A stretch of 64,000 nt of DNA, taken from contig JBEWZL010000276.1 in the NCBI GenBank assembly GCA_045837725.1, positions 372,001 to 436,000 of the forward strand. Reading direction: 5' to 3'. The translations under genes and the position numbers were made by a program. Positions 26,566 through 39,180 of this stretch are shown here, piece after piece (positions within the stretch are counted from its first letter, which is position 1; each line of letters starts with the position of its first letter). The notes beneath the pieces were generated by a model. That model searched no databases. It was not told the DNA's origin and was given only the letters and a program-made list of their open reading frames with translations. The DNA is from Vermamoeba vermiformis (taxonomy: Eukaryota).

Positions 26566-29500
26566 ATGGCTACTCCTAGCCAATTGAAGTTATCGGAGCT
26601 CATCTTGCGATGCTTCATCGAGAAGAAGAAGCGATTCGCCAAGTTTGACGTTGTCCGATCTGTTTGTGTCGAGTTGGCCAAAGAAGGCAACATTGATTTT
26701 GTATTTAATGCTGTTGATTTTATGCGAAATGATTTGAATTTATCAACTGCAAGCAATTTTTTACTGGCCGTACTTTGTAACACCGATGAGTTTGACAAGG
26801 CCATCCGAGCCCGATTAATGAATTATTTCCAAATACCAACGGATGTAATTGAAATATTAGATTTTTATCAAGCTGGTATGTAACTAATTTGAATTTATTT
26901 AATTAATTTATTTTTCTACGAGACGTTATGTGATTCCTTCTAACGTGTTCATAGATCCACAGCGTAAGAGTGCTGAAGGAGCCTTTCCTGCTTGGATCCG
27001 TAAATTAGTCGTACGGAAGTTTGCTGAATTTACGGTTGACGATTTCGGAAAGTACTTGAACGACAAGGCGATCAAAAAGAAGTATAAGAAGAAGAAAATG
27101 AAGCTCTTAGGGTAATTGAGCTATTTGTTGGCGAACACTATATTTCTGACACTCGATCCAGCATCAAGAAGAAGCCTAAGGCACCCAAGCCAAAGCCCGG
27201 TACTATTACTACGCGAAAGATCAAGCCGCGCGAGAAGACCCAAAAGGTACCTGGCTTGCGTATTCCGATCACGTGGTTCTATTTGGTCAAGAAATTCCAC
27301 ATCACCGAGCCTCAAACCAACGTCATGGCCGTGTTAGGCAAACGATTTCCTAACAGCGAAGAAGAGTTGAAGCGAAGGTAAGACGTCATTATATATGCAG
27401 CTCTTACTCACGATCACGTGGCAGTGGAATGAAAGGTCAGTTCTTTCCCTCGATGGCAAACAAGCGCCTCAAATTTGCCAAGAGACCCAAGTTCCGAAAC
27501 TACGACGAACCTAAGCGCGTGATGAAGTTGAGCAAGTTGTTAGAACAGTTCCCGTTCATCAACAGCTTGATCACGCTCGGTGAATTGATTCGCACGCAAG
27601 TCAAAGAACAAGAGCGCGTGGCCAAGTTGCAAAACACCAAGCAGTTCCAGAACTTGATCTCGTTGAAGAATTACGTGCCCAAGTCACCGCAACTCAAGCA
27701 CGCAGCTATCACACGATTGATTGCTGATTGGCGCGAAGTGTTGGAGAATCCATTGCCGTACATTTCAGCCGAACCGCTCGAAGACAACTTCTTTGAATGG
27801 CACTGCAACTGTACGTAGTCAAGAGATCTACAACACTACTAGCGGTATTAACGTATAATGCTATCTAGTGCGAGGACTCAACGACGCTTTCAGGGATGTG
27901 TCATTTCACTTTATTATGAAGTTCTCGAGGTACGTGTGTTAGACGTGCTTGTGACGTTGTATTGAACATGTTTTATTGCAGCACTTATCCGAACACGCCT
28001 CCTGCGGTCATTATGTGCACGCACTTGTTGCACCCGAATGTGATCAAGATGACTCGTGGCGATCGATCCACTGAGAGCTTCGTCTGCTTGGACATGTTGA
28101 ACTCTCCCGCCAAGACTTCACGAATCTCTGAGAAAGTTGACAACATAATTACGAGCGGTGGCTGGAGTCCTGCATACTCAGTGCTCTCAATTTTGATGCA
28201 ATTGCAAAGTAAGCTGACGGTTACAGTTTATTCATGCACTAACACGTCTCAGCCTTCTTGCAAATCGATTACAACGAGCACAATCTGCTTAACAACCCCT
28301 CACAGACTCTCGACATGAACGAGTGCATTCGCCGTGCTCGTACTTATTGCTGTCCTGTCTGCCCTCACAAGATGAACCACCCTTCACCAGCCTATCGTAG
28401 CAAGCCTATGAAGAAGAAGCAGCAAAAGGTCGTCGTTCAAGTGCCCGTTCTGGATCAACCTCAACAAAAGGTAATTACGCGACAACAGTACGTTATTAAG
28501 CTAATCGTCTTGACAGGCCGAGACTACTAACACCACAGAGTACGGATGGAGTGAGAAAGCAGATGTCATCATCGAAGCTAACCGAGCTAAGATTTGCAAC
28601 TTTATCATTAACGTAAGTATATTTCAATATCTTAGTAGACACTTCCTGACACGTGGTATATAGGGCCACACGTTTGCTGCTCCCGAAAACAATGTTGCAC
28701 AACCCGCTGTTGACGAGGAACCAGAGGACTTGAAAGTACTTACCTTGAGCGTGGATGAAGAAAATGAAGTGTCACTCGATGCGCAAGCCTTGGAGAACAT
28801 GGGCATGTTTGGTGCGGTGCCGTATGAAGTCCTCTTGGCCATGGCTGAAATCCTGCCGCCCTCTGCCATTGGTGCATTAGGCCGCTCTTGCCGCGAACTC
28901 CGTCGCATTGTGAACGGTAAGTTTAATCAGAGCTGTGATGTGTCGTTGGTTGGTCTAACATGTGCACTAGACGGCTGGTTGTGGAAGCACATCTTTTCGT
29001 TCTATTATCCCAAGAAAGATGTCTCTGTGGCCACCATGGACGACTGGAAACACGCCTTTGCCCTCGAAGTCAATGAAATTCCGCGCGAGTTAACCTGCTT
29101 CTACACCAAGCAATCTTTCAAGCAAGACGTGCTCGGCTATCCTCTGTTCTACACGATCAATCCTAGGTACGTTTGTGCACTTCTAACCACTGTTAAGCCC
29201 GACTAACACGCGTGGTGCAGAACTCGTTTAGTGGACTACATCACCTCGCCTCTCGAGCTACTCTCAGCCACGGCATTCTACCAGCACAAGGTCCGTCGCA
29301 GTGTGTGGCGCGAACAGTTCACTGACTGGCTGCCAATCTACATCAGTGAAGAACACTTTGAGCGTGGCTTGCCGTACATGAAGGTACGTGACTAGAGACG
29401 CACAATCGAGCCAAAATAACACTGCCTTTCCTGTACAGTCATTGTTCATCAAGTTGTGCCCTCAATACAAAGACACCACCTTCAAGCCCGAGATGGCTGT

Positions 29501-31234
29501 TGACGCGTTGTGCAAGTTGATGAACACCATGTCTGTGCTCATCGCTGACAAGGGCTTGCACGGTAAGACCCTATATTTTCCCTTAACTAAATATTCTTTT
29601 ACTAACACTGTACGTTTATTAGCCTCCACCAAGGCCCTCGAAGGTTATTGCGCCTTCCACCGTTTGTTGATTGCATTCATTCAGCGCTACCCCGAATTGA
29701 ACGACTACATCATTGGCGTCATTGACAAGTTTGTCGCGTCAGAAGAAGGACGACACAAGAACGTCATTCCTGCCCTCGGCAACTTCTTGCCGTTGTTAGC
29801 CGTGCAAGAAAAATATCAATGGCACCAAGTCGCCAAGGCATTCTTGTTCGAACAATTTGATCGCAACGTGCTCTGGATCTGCAACAAGTACCCAGAACTG
29901 CTGACCGTTGAACAGCCTGGCAAGTTGAACGATCAGTTGCGCATTGACAAGAGCTTCCAAGCCACGACTGTCTCCATGCGCTTGTTGATGTTCCAAATCT
30001 TCTTTTTGACTCGCGTAAGTAGCAATCCAAAAACACGCGCCGCCTATCCGGAAACTAATCGCCAATCGGTTGATGTAGATTGGTCGTCCTCGCAACTTGT
30101 CGATCAGTCAAATCGCAGCTAATTACGATGTGTTCTATGGCTTGCCACCTCATTCTTCCAAGATGAAGTTCTTGCAGCACGCCAAGAGACTTTTTGCCGT
30201 GGAACAGATCACGTACGACATTAACGCGTTGATATATATTTGCACGAGTACTAATATATTATCTCAGCGATGTCTTGTACAACATTGGTGCTCGTGGCAA
30301 TGAGTTGACTGAAGCACGATTGGCTCGTTGGTTGCGCGACTGTGTTGGCAATTCATTGAGAAAGGGTTATCATACTAGTACGTGCTCTTCGGCCTCGATC
30401 TTTCTTAACACTCGCGCTGATATTGCTTATTGTTGCAGATAAGACAGGCTTTGGCAAGATGGGTCGTCACGTCTCGGTCATTTTGCAACAAAACGAGTCG
30501 TATATGATTGAAGCTGCCAAGGTGAAGAACTTGCGCTTTGAAATCACGTACAGCTGGCAGGGTGCTCGTGTTCACCTCGATGCTGGCTGGATCTTGACGT
30601 CGAGCGGCGTTGCTTATATGTCCAAGCTGTTCAACTACAGTCCAAGCTATAACTACAGATATTACACCTACGAAGAAGCACTTGCCTTCCATGCCGAAGG
30701 CACGCAGACCTTTGATCACCAACACCGAGGCGAATCCAGTTTCAATGTATTCTTGAACAACATTCCAAATGCGGTCGATGGTATCTTCTTCACTATGTGG
30801 TATGTTATAGTCGGTCTAATATCATTTTGACGCCTTCTGACTTGCGGATGTAGGTCTTCGCCGTACTATGACTGGCGTCATGAACAGATGCACAACAGCC
30901 TCAGCTTCGCGAGGGACATCAAAGTGACTGCAGTCGATGTGACCAATCCCGACATGCCTAAAGCGTTGTGTCAGCTCACTTTCAAGCCAAAACAAAAGCG
31001 GCCGTTGACTGACGGTGCTGTGTTCTGTCGATTACGTCGTGTCAATCGTGACAACAAATGGGCGGTAAGTTTAAGGGTCATAATTAGTCTATAGTCATAT
31101 ATTAATGTTCAATCAAACAGTTATCGACTTTGGTGGAAGAGGTGAGTTGTAAGGACGACGACGATGCTTACTACTTGCTTTACGACCGTGTAAATGAAAT
31201 TGTAAAGAAAGAGAACAACGTCAAGGGTAAATAG
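26566..31234 (+). CDS. Multidomain fusion: TEP1-type TROVE + ubiquitin-conjugating E2 + F-box + uncharacterised domain + TerD-like domain
   Basis: TROVE-like FMRNDLNLSTASNFLLAV, QIPTDVIEILDFYQ, FPAWIRKLVVRKFAEF, FHITEPQTNVMAVLGKRFP. E2 motifs RLIADWREV, NFFEWH, YPNTPP, HPNV...VCLDML, GWSPAYSVLSILMQLQ. F-box VPYEVLLAMAEILPP...LGRSCRELR...WLWK. TerD-like SWQGARVHLDA, FNVFLNNIPNAVDGIFF, AVFCRLRR...W. The junctions checked splice in frame. Confidence 0.75.
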
Positions 31235-31393
31235 AGTTGACAGTACCATGTCACAAATAAAGCATCACAGCCGGTACTTCCGGTTAAATGAGAGTGTTGG
31301 CCAAAATAGTTTTTGCATTATTTTAGTCTCATTGTATGAAAGACTACCACTCCCAATAATTTGACTGCTTATAAAATGACTGTATAATTACAA

Positions 31394-34300
31394 ATGAAAG
31401 GTAAGTACGCCTTCGGTTGGAAATACGGCAAGATCTGATCGGTTTTATTTTTTAGCAGCGGCATTGATATTTTTGGTTGTGCTTTTATTGCCGTTTATAA
31501 AAGGTAGTAAAAATAATTATGCATTTTATTCGTAAAACTTACGATTTAATTCAGCGTGTATGTCGGATGTATTTAGTTTGCCAACAGCAGTGCACGGATT
31601 AGCCTCAGCAGTGGTAGACGATACAATTTATTTTGCTGGAGGAGCTACTGGAGGCTGGAATATTCAAACTCCCTTGGATCATATCGACATCTACAACACA
31701 ACTTCAAAGACATGGTCGCAAGATCAGTTAAGCATTCCGAGGACTTATTTAACGCTATCAAAAGTCGGTCATAGACTAGTTTTTGCTGGCGGTGCCTCAC
31801 GACTAGGCGATGGACCAGCGCTGCCTTCAACGCGCATTGACATTTTTGACACGTTAACACGCACGTGGTCCACACTCGAATTGAACGAACCAAGATTTGC
31901 CCACGTGGCAACGACATACGGAGACAAAGTTTTTGTCGCTGGCGGCTTGGTGGAGCTCGGTGGCTCAAATATGATTACAGTGGACTCCGTCGAGATGATA
32001 GACCTCGCGACCAACAACGTGAGCATCATTTACAGAATGACCACGCCCAGATACGCCCAGTCATCGGGCACTGTCATGGACGTCGTCTTCTTCGCGTCTG
32101 GCCGTCACCGAATCAATGTCAATGTGCCCGAAGTGTTCATGTACAACGTCACCGCGAACGAGTGGCGTGTTGAAATGTTGCCGCTGGCTCGCACGTACAC
32201 TTCAGCAGCTGTGTACGGCAAGAAGATTTACATTGCTGGCGGATGGGTTCAAAACTTGATCGCGACAAACAGAGTTGACATATTTGACATTGAGACGTGG
32301 CAGTGGAGCGACCCAGTTCTGTTGGAATCGGCGCGCGGTCTCATGTCCGCTGTAGTCTTAGACACGAAGATTTATCTCGCTGGCGGCATTGGTGTCCTGT
32401 TTGAATCACTCGTGGACGTGATTGATGCCGAGACTGGCGAGCGACTGTCAATTCGATTGAAAGAACCACGTGCCATGATGACAGCACCCACTGACGGCAA
32501 ACGAATTTACTTCGCTGGTGGACTCGTCAATGAATTCTCCAACTCAGATGTGATCGAAGTGTTTGACTCGCACGGCATTATTGATGAAATAGACATGCCT
32601 CGTGCTCGAACAAACTTCGCTAGTGCAACGGCCAATCAGCTCGTCTTCTTCGCTGGAGGCACATTGAGCGATGGAAGTCGCACGGACTCTGTGGACATTT
32701 ACGACGAGCGAACCGAACAATGGCTTCGAAGCACGACTTTCAGTACCTCGTGCGGGCAGTCATCTCTGCGGTGCTTGGTCCTCGAGTGTTCTTCATTGGT
32801 GGCGTTGACAGCGCGAATAATTCGGTAGCAGCAATTGACATTTACAACACTTTGACGCGCCAGTGGACCACCGCACAACTGTCTCAAAGCAGAGTCCAAT
32901 TCAGCGTAGTGACTGACAACACGAGCTTGTACATTGCAGGCGGTGCATTGATCTTCGGCGATCGAGCTTCACCCGTGTCAGACGTGGTTGACATTTACGA
33001 CAGCAGGACGAATCGCTGGACCACAGCTAAGCTGAGTGCTGCACGCTCAAGAGTGTCTTCATTCGTGCACCAGTCAGTCGTGTTCTTTGCAGGAGGATCA
33101 AGTGAATATAAAATGAACGACGAAGTGGACATTTACGGCACTATCACCAACACCTGGACCGTGGCTCGATTGCGCATTGGACGTGCGGCCATTGGAATTG
33201 GTGCGGTGCTCAATCAGGTGGTGTTCGCAGGAGGACTACTCTTTGACGACTTTTCAACGCGTGCTATGGATATTTACGACACAACCACCGGTCAATGGAG
33301 ATTTTCACAGCTGACAGTCCCGCGCTTTGATCTTTCAGTACTCACCTTCAGCAATTACTTGATCATTGGCGGTGGCATTGGAAACTCCGTGGCGACAGTT
33401 GTCGAGGTCTACAACGCCGACACTGGCGTGCTCACGGACTCGAGAATTCTATTGACTAGGCACAACACGCTAGTAGTAGCGATGGGCAGTACATTTATCT
33501 TTGCCGGTGGATTCTTCATCAGCGGAGGCAGAGAGCGATTGGCACAGTCGAGCGCGATTGAAGTGTTCGATACCAACTCAGCTGGTGCGTTCTCGAGCTA
33601 TTTTTTGAGCAAAAACATCACCTGGAGGCACGCAGTAGTGTCGCACAACAAGATTTATTTCAGCGGCAACGACTACGCCAAGATGAACGTCATGGTGATG
33701 CCTTCGATGGAGCGATTGTTAGCCAGTCAGCAACAGTTCTTAGGAAGACAAGTGACGTTCAACGCCACAGTCCTGGGACGAGGCATCACCTACTCTTGGA
33801 CGCACAATGACGAGCGAATAGCAAATGTCACGGGCTCGAGCTACACGATCGACGAAGTGACCACAGACTCTAATGGCCTGTACACGCTCACTGCTGTTGA
33901 CATGTGTCGCAATCGAGTCCTGTCCTCTGCTCAGCTCGAAGTGTTAATTGCGCCCACATTCGCTGAAGCCACTCTTCAAGACACAGTCGTGCTGTGTGGC
34001 AGTTCGGTGACGTTGAGCGCACCTGCTCGAGGAGTCGACGTTCAATACGAATGGTACTTCGATGAGCAGCAACAATTCAACTTCAGGCACGACATGACAG
34101 TCCAAGCCCCTCCAAGCTCTTGTGATGCCAGCCATCGTGTGTGCATCATAGCAACTAATCCTGCGGGCGCGACTGCAATGTGTGCCTTGCTGCGAATGTC
34201 TTCGTACAACAACGTGTTTGACGGTCCGACTGTCGCTAACAACAGACCTTCGTGGCTCTTAGGCGACAACGCGGAGATTTCCGTGAATCTTCTCGATCCT

Positions 34301-35978
34301 CTTTGCACTTCACACGAGTGGCGCAAGAACGGAGTCGTTGTGCAAACTGAGACCGGCACGAAGAGCACCCTGGTCGTGAAAGTCGGTTCCAGCACTGACT
34401 CAACGACCTACTCCGTTGTTGCTTACTGTGGTGCCCCTGTGGAGTCACGCCCTGTCAAGCTGGATGTGGTTTACTTGTATTGGTGGGGTGTGCTGCTCAT
34501 CGCTCTATCCTGCGCTGGTGCAATTGCTGGCGGCATCGTGGCATTTGTGCAGATCCGCAAACGATTCCAAAACAAACAAGAGCGCGAACAAGAGTTGAAA
34601 GAGCTGCTAGACGATGCTAAACGAGCGGTTATTAATACATCAAGCACCACCGACTCCGTGATCAATGTGCGCAGGTGGGAGTGGATCCCCGATGACAATT
34701 ACCGCTACGTACCGGTGTCTGACTTGCCGTTCGCTATCGACACGACCAATGTGCTCTTCTTGAAGAAAAATCAACAATTAGAGATTGGTATTTGCATGCA
34801 AGGCGATATGATCTTCGCGTTCAAATCGACCAAGAACAGCAAAACACCGTCATCCCTCAAGGAAAAGCTCCTGAGGCGGTCCATGCAAGTCTCAATTTAT
34901 CCTCCGCGCTCGCCCAAGTATGAAATGACCGTGGACCCGCAACACTTCGCCATTGGTCCTGACGATGAAGTGCGCGTGCTCGTGTCACTGACGATGAAAA
35001 TGACGACCAAAGCGAAGATCAACTTGATCATTGGACTTGAAGAACAGGAGCTCTATTCGGCCATCGAGTTCAATGTGGCCAGTAAAATATCACCGTGGAT
35101 TGACGCTGATGAAGTCATTATCCAAGGAGATCCGATTGGCATGGGAGGGTACGAATCCAATTTAATTTCAAGTTTTTGTAAGCTTTACTTACGTTCGTCT
35201 ATCTAGATTTGGCACGGTCTCGAAGGCTACTTATAGAGGCCAAGAAGTTGCTTTCAAGAAGTTGCGCGTACAGGAGCTCGATCCGTCAGCTAAAATTGAG
35301 TTCGAACGCGAAATTGATTTGATGATGAATCTGCATCACCCTAATATCATTCAATTCATTGGTGCCTCTCGCGTCAAAGGATCTCTCGCCATTCTGACTG
35401 AATTTGCACCGCTCGGCAGTCTCGAATCCAGTCTGAAGAAAAAACGGCTCAATTTGCACCAGCAGATTATCGTCTTGTACGAGGCCGCTAGAGCGCTGCA
35501 ATTCCTTCACGCGAATAATATTCTGCATCGCGACATCAAGCCTGAGAACCTCCTCGTGTTCTCGTTGGAAATTTCAGCGCCCGTGCACGTCAAGCTAAGC
35601 GACTTTGGCACTGCTCGCTTGGTATCAGATCAACCAAGTACAATGACCAAAGGAGTAGGAACACCACTCTATATGGCCCCTGAATTGTTTGGCAAGCAAG
35701 GTTACTCGCGCAGTGCTGATATATACAGCTTTGGAATGCTCATCTGGTCCGTCATGCATCAGCAAGAGCCGTACGACTCATCCGAGTTCCAGTTCCCGTG
35801 GGACGTACCAAACTTTATCAAAGCAGGCAATCGTCTCGCCATTTCAGAGGAGATATGTCCTGCTGATATCGCGCAGCTCATACGCGAGTGTTGGCAACAA
35901 GAGCCAGTCGATCGACCGCAGATAAGTCAAGTCGCGCAACAACTCGCAAATTTCCTGAAAAATATTGGTAAATATTAG
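31394..35978 (+). CDS. Receptor-like TKL kinase: signal peptide, ~14 kelch repeats, 3 Ig-like domains, TM, juxtamembrane domain, kinase
   Basis: Signal exons MKAAALIFLVVLLLPFIKA. Repeated hh-F-AGG...DIYD...W....LS.PR. Ig-like YSWTHN...GLYTLTA, YEWYFD and HEWRKNG. TM WWGVLLIALSCAGAIAGGIVAFV. Kinase HRDIKPENLL, DFG, GTPLYMAPE. Two +1 shifts at ~32725 and ~32755. Confidence 0.85.
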
Positions 35979-36840
35979 TATTACCATTTACGGACCATAA
36001 TTCCAAAGATCTGAAGAAGATTCGGATTCAAATTTGGGCGGGCAACTTCAGACTTATTTATGTGATGTTTTGTTGTAAGAGCTAACGAGAAGGAACTGCA
36101 GAAAGTACACGTTTGTTAATTATAGGCCTACAATTATCTCGACTATCGTGTTGTGATAAAGAAATGTCGGATCTGCAAAATAAAAAATCAATTTAGTAAC
36201 GGTCACCATACGCGCAACATAATGAACGTAGTAGTGACAACGATATGACAACCTGCGCAATGAATGTATTAAATTATGCTTGATTTTGTTGCATTACGCG
36301 TTTGGCTAAGGTAAAATCGATTAACGAGAAGATGCATTTCGCTTTACAATTTTAGTTAATTACTGGCAGCGAGTAAAATTAAAGTAACTATTTGTTAACG
36401 TATTTTGCACGGAGTATTAATTTTTACCTCAGTGTTTGGGCTCTCTGAAGCCATCTTCTGTGATGCAGCTGTTGGTCAATTGAATTGTTTCATGCGGGTA
36501 ATATTTGCGAGGTAATGATAAAAAATCACTGCCGATAATCCATTGCACGCACTTACCAAAATTTCTCGCGGTTAACTTGTTTACATTGCAAATCTACACA
36601 TCCAAGAACGCTCACTAATGTTTGAAACACGAAGGATCTTTCCCACGTCTCTTCACCAACTTGCATTGATTTGAGCAGTTAAGAGAAAAAATACGAGTAC
36701 AAGCCGCAATTTTAATAGAAATTTCCTTTTTTTGTTCGATCTGGTTCACAGAAGGCCACAGTGGGCTAATTTCTCATAGAATCGCCGTGAAACTCGTATT
36801 CATATCACATTGAATGCCTTCTAAAATCGGAACCGGGCAA

Positions 36841-36849
36841 ATATAAATA
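36841..36849 (+). promoter_or_regulatory. Candidate TATA box of the LRR gene
   Basis: ATATAAATA about 130 nt upstream of the ATG, followed ~25 nt later by TCAGTT (Inr-like). Confidence 0.35.
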
Positions 36850-36978
36850 CTTGTGTCGCTCTCTGTCAGTTCACTTCAAACTCAAGACAAGATCGAACAC
36901 AAGGCAACAAAGACTCGCTTAAAAAGAGCTCATTTTTATTAATTACGCGTACACGCATCTGTTGCTAACACTACAACC

Positions 36979-39068
36979 ATGAATCTTCGCAAAGTAAGTT
37001 GGATCTTTTCACCGCGTACTGGATCTTCATGAAGCTGAAATTAATCTACTTCTTTCAATAGGTCTCAGCACTTCTTACTTTCGCTACGCTGCTTTCAATT
37101 GCAGTCGCTCTCACTCCTCAAGAGACTACCTTCTTGAACGACGCTATCGACTCGATCCAAGGTTTGCCTAACACCTGGAGTAAGGCGAATGTCGCTGCTG
37201 CTTGCACTGGCCCTTGGACCGGTCTTTCCTGCAACAATGGTAACATCTACGCTATGTACGTGCTTCTTGATGACTTTTGATTCTCGGATTTGGACTGAAA
37301 CTAACTTGACGCTTCATTCAGTGAATTGTACAACCGCGGATTGTCAGGCACTATTCCTCCTTCCATCTCTGGTCTTGCCGCCTTGCAAACTCTGTAAGTA
37401 AAAAGATTTTGTGCGCGTAATAATTGCTCGATCCCGAACTAATTATATTTGTTGCAGCAATTTGGCAAACAACTCGTTGAGCGGCGCTCTTCCTCAAGTC
37501 TTTGCCTTGACTCAATTTGTTTTGCTGTAAGTAAACCATACTAGCGCTGCAGAATTGCAATGTACTCACCGGATGTACCTCAATAGTAACTTGCAATTCA
37601 ACCAATTCGAGGATACTTTCCCTGCTGCTTTGGCTAACATGAACAAGGTTCACACTCTGTAAGTAGCAATTTCAATAGCCTCAATTCTTCCAAGGCGGAT
37701 TTACTTATCGGATGTGTTTTGTTTAGTCTCCTCGAAGGCAACCAATTGAACGGTACTCTGCCCGATAACCTCGGTAGCATGACTGCCTTGCGCTACTTGA
37801 ACTTGCGTTCCAACCATTTCTCTGGTGCTCTCCCTGACTCGATCGTCAACTTGGCTAACTTGGAAGAACTCATCTTGTCTTTGAACGACTTCTCTGGTAC
37901 TTTGCCCGCTGGCTTTGGCAACCAATACACTAAGCTCCAAACTCTTTCTATGCGCCAAAACCAATTTACTGGCGACTTGCCTGAGGGTATCTTTACTTCT
38001 CGCGTCTTGGTCACTGTGTAAGTAGCTAACCTTATTGATATTAATATTATGGTGCTAATGCTTATTATCAGTGATCTCTACTGGAATATGTTCACCGGCC
38101 AGATCCCCACCAACATCGCTACCATCCCTACCTTGCAATACGTTTACTTCTCCAAGAACATGCTTACTGGTACCATCCCCGACGGCTGGGTCTCCACTAA
38201 CATGATTGAATTGTAAGTACTCGCTTTCTAAGCTAATTTTCTAAGTGATCGAGCTTTGTAAAGCTAGAAAATTGAGGAAATTTCGTTATTCATGAAAACA
38301 AAGCTAATCTATTCTCGTTTAGCATGTTTGATGATAACCAACTCACTGGTGAAATCCCCTCGTCTATTGGTACTTTCAAGAACTTGGTCATCTTGAACAT
38401 GTTCGGTAACCAACTCACTGGCACGATCCCCGCTGCTATTGGCTCATGCACTAAGCTCCTTCAAATCAACTTCTTCAACAACTCGTTGACTGGCTCTATC
38501 CCCTCTGAGATCGGCAACTGCGCTTCTTTGACTATCTTCACTGTTGGCTACAACCAATTGAACGGCAGCATCCCTGCTTCGCTCGGTGGCTTGAAGAACT
38601 TGTTCTATCTTGAAGTCCAAAACAACGATCTCTCCGGTGAAATCCCCGCTGAAGTTGCTGGTGCCACTAACATCCTCGAGTTCTTGGTCGGTCTCAACCC
38701 CTTGTCTGGCTGCATTCCCGCCGAACTCGAGTCCATGACTCAATTGCAAGGCTGCAACTTGGGCTTCACTAACTTGGACTGCTGCGGTGTCAACTTGCCT
38801 CCCAAGTGCGCCACCACCAAGGACTGCCCCGTCAATCCTCGTCCCAATGCCAACGCTCCTTCGACCACTACTCCCAGCACTAACTGCTCCTTCGACCAAC
38901 GCGCCCAACACCAATGCTCCTTCCACCAACGAGCCTCAAACCAACTCGCCCTCCGTCATCACCACTCCTCAGCGTGTTCCCACGACCAACAACAACCAAT
39001 ACAGCGGTGCCGGATCTTTTGCCATCTCTGCTGTTGTCGGTCTTGCCGCTTTGGCCATGCTCTGCTAA
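36979..39068 (+). CDS. Extracellular plant-type LRR protein, probably GPI-anchored
   Basis: Signal peptide, W...CTGPWTGLSC N-cap and LxxLxLxxNxLSGxIPxxLG repeats. PSTNA repeat stalk and hydrophobic C-terminus. One +1 shift at ~38885. Confidence 0.88.
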
Positions 39069-39180
39069 GTCGATAGAACTAGCGAGTATTCACTCTTTTG
39101 CATGATGTACATACATTATAATATAATCGGTTGTAGTTAACTTTGAAAAAATATAAAAATTATTTATTATTTTAACAAAC

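Noticed and set aside
35979-36840. Long intergenic gap examined for ncRNA or a mobile element
   Set aside because: No terminal repeats, Pol III boxes or credible ORF seen. Probably the regulatory region of the LRR gene.
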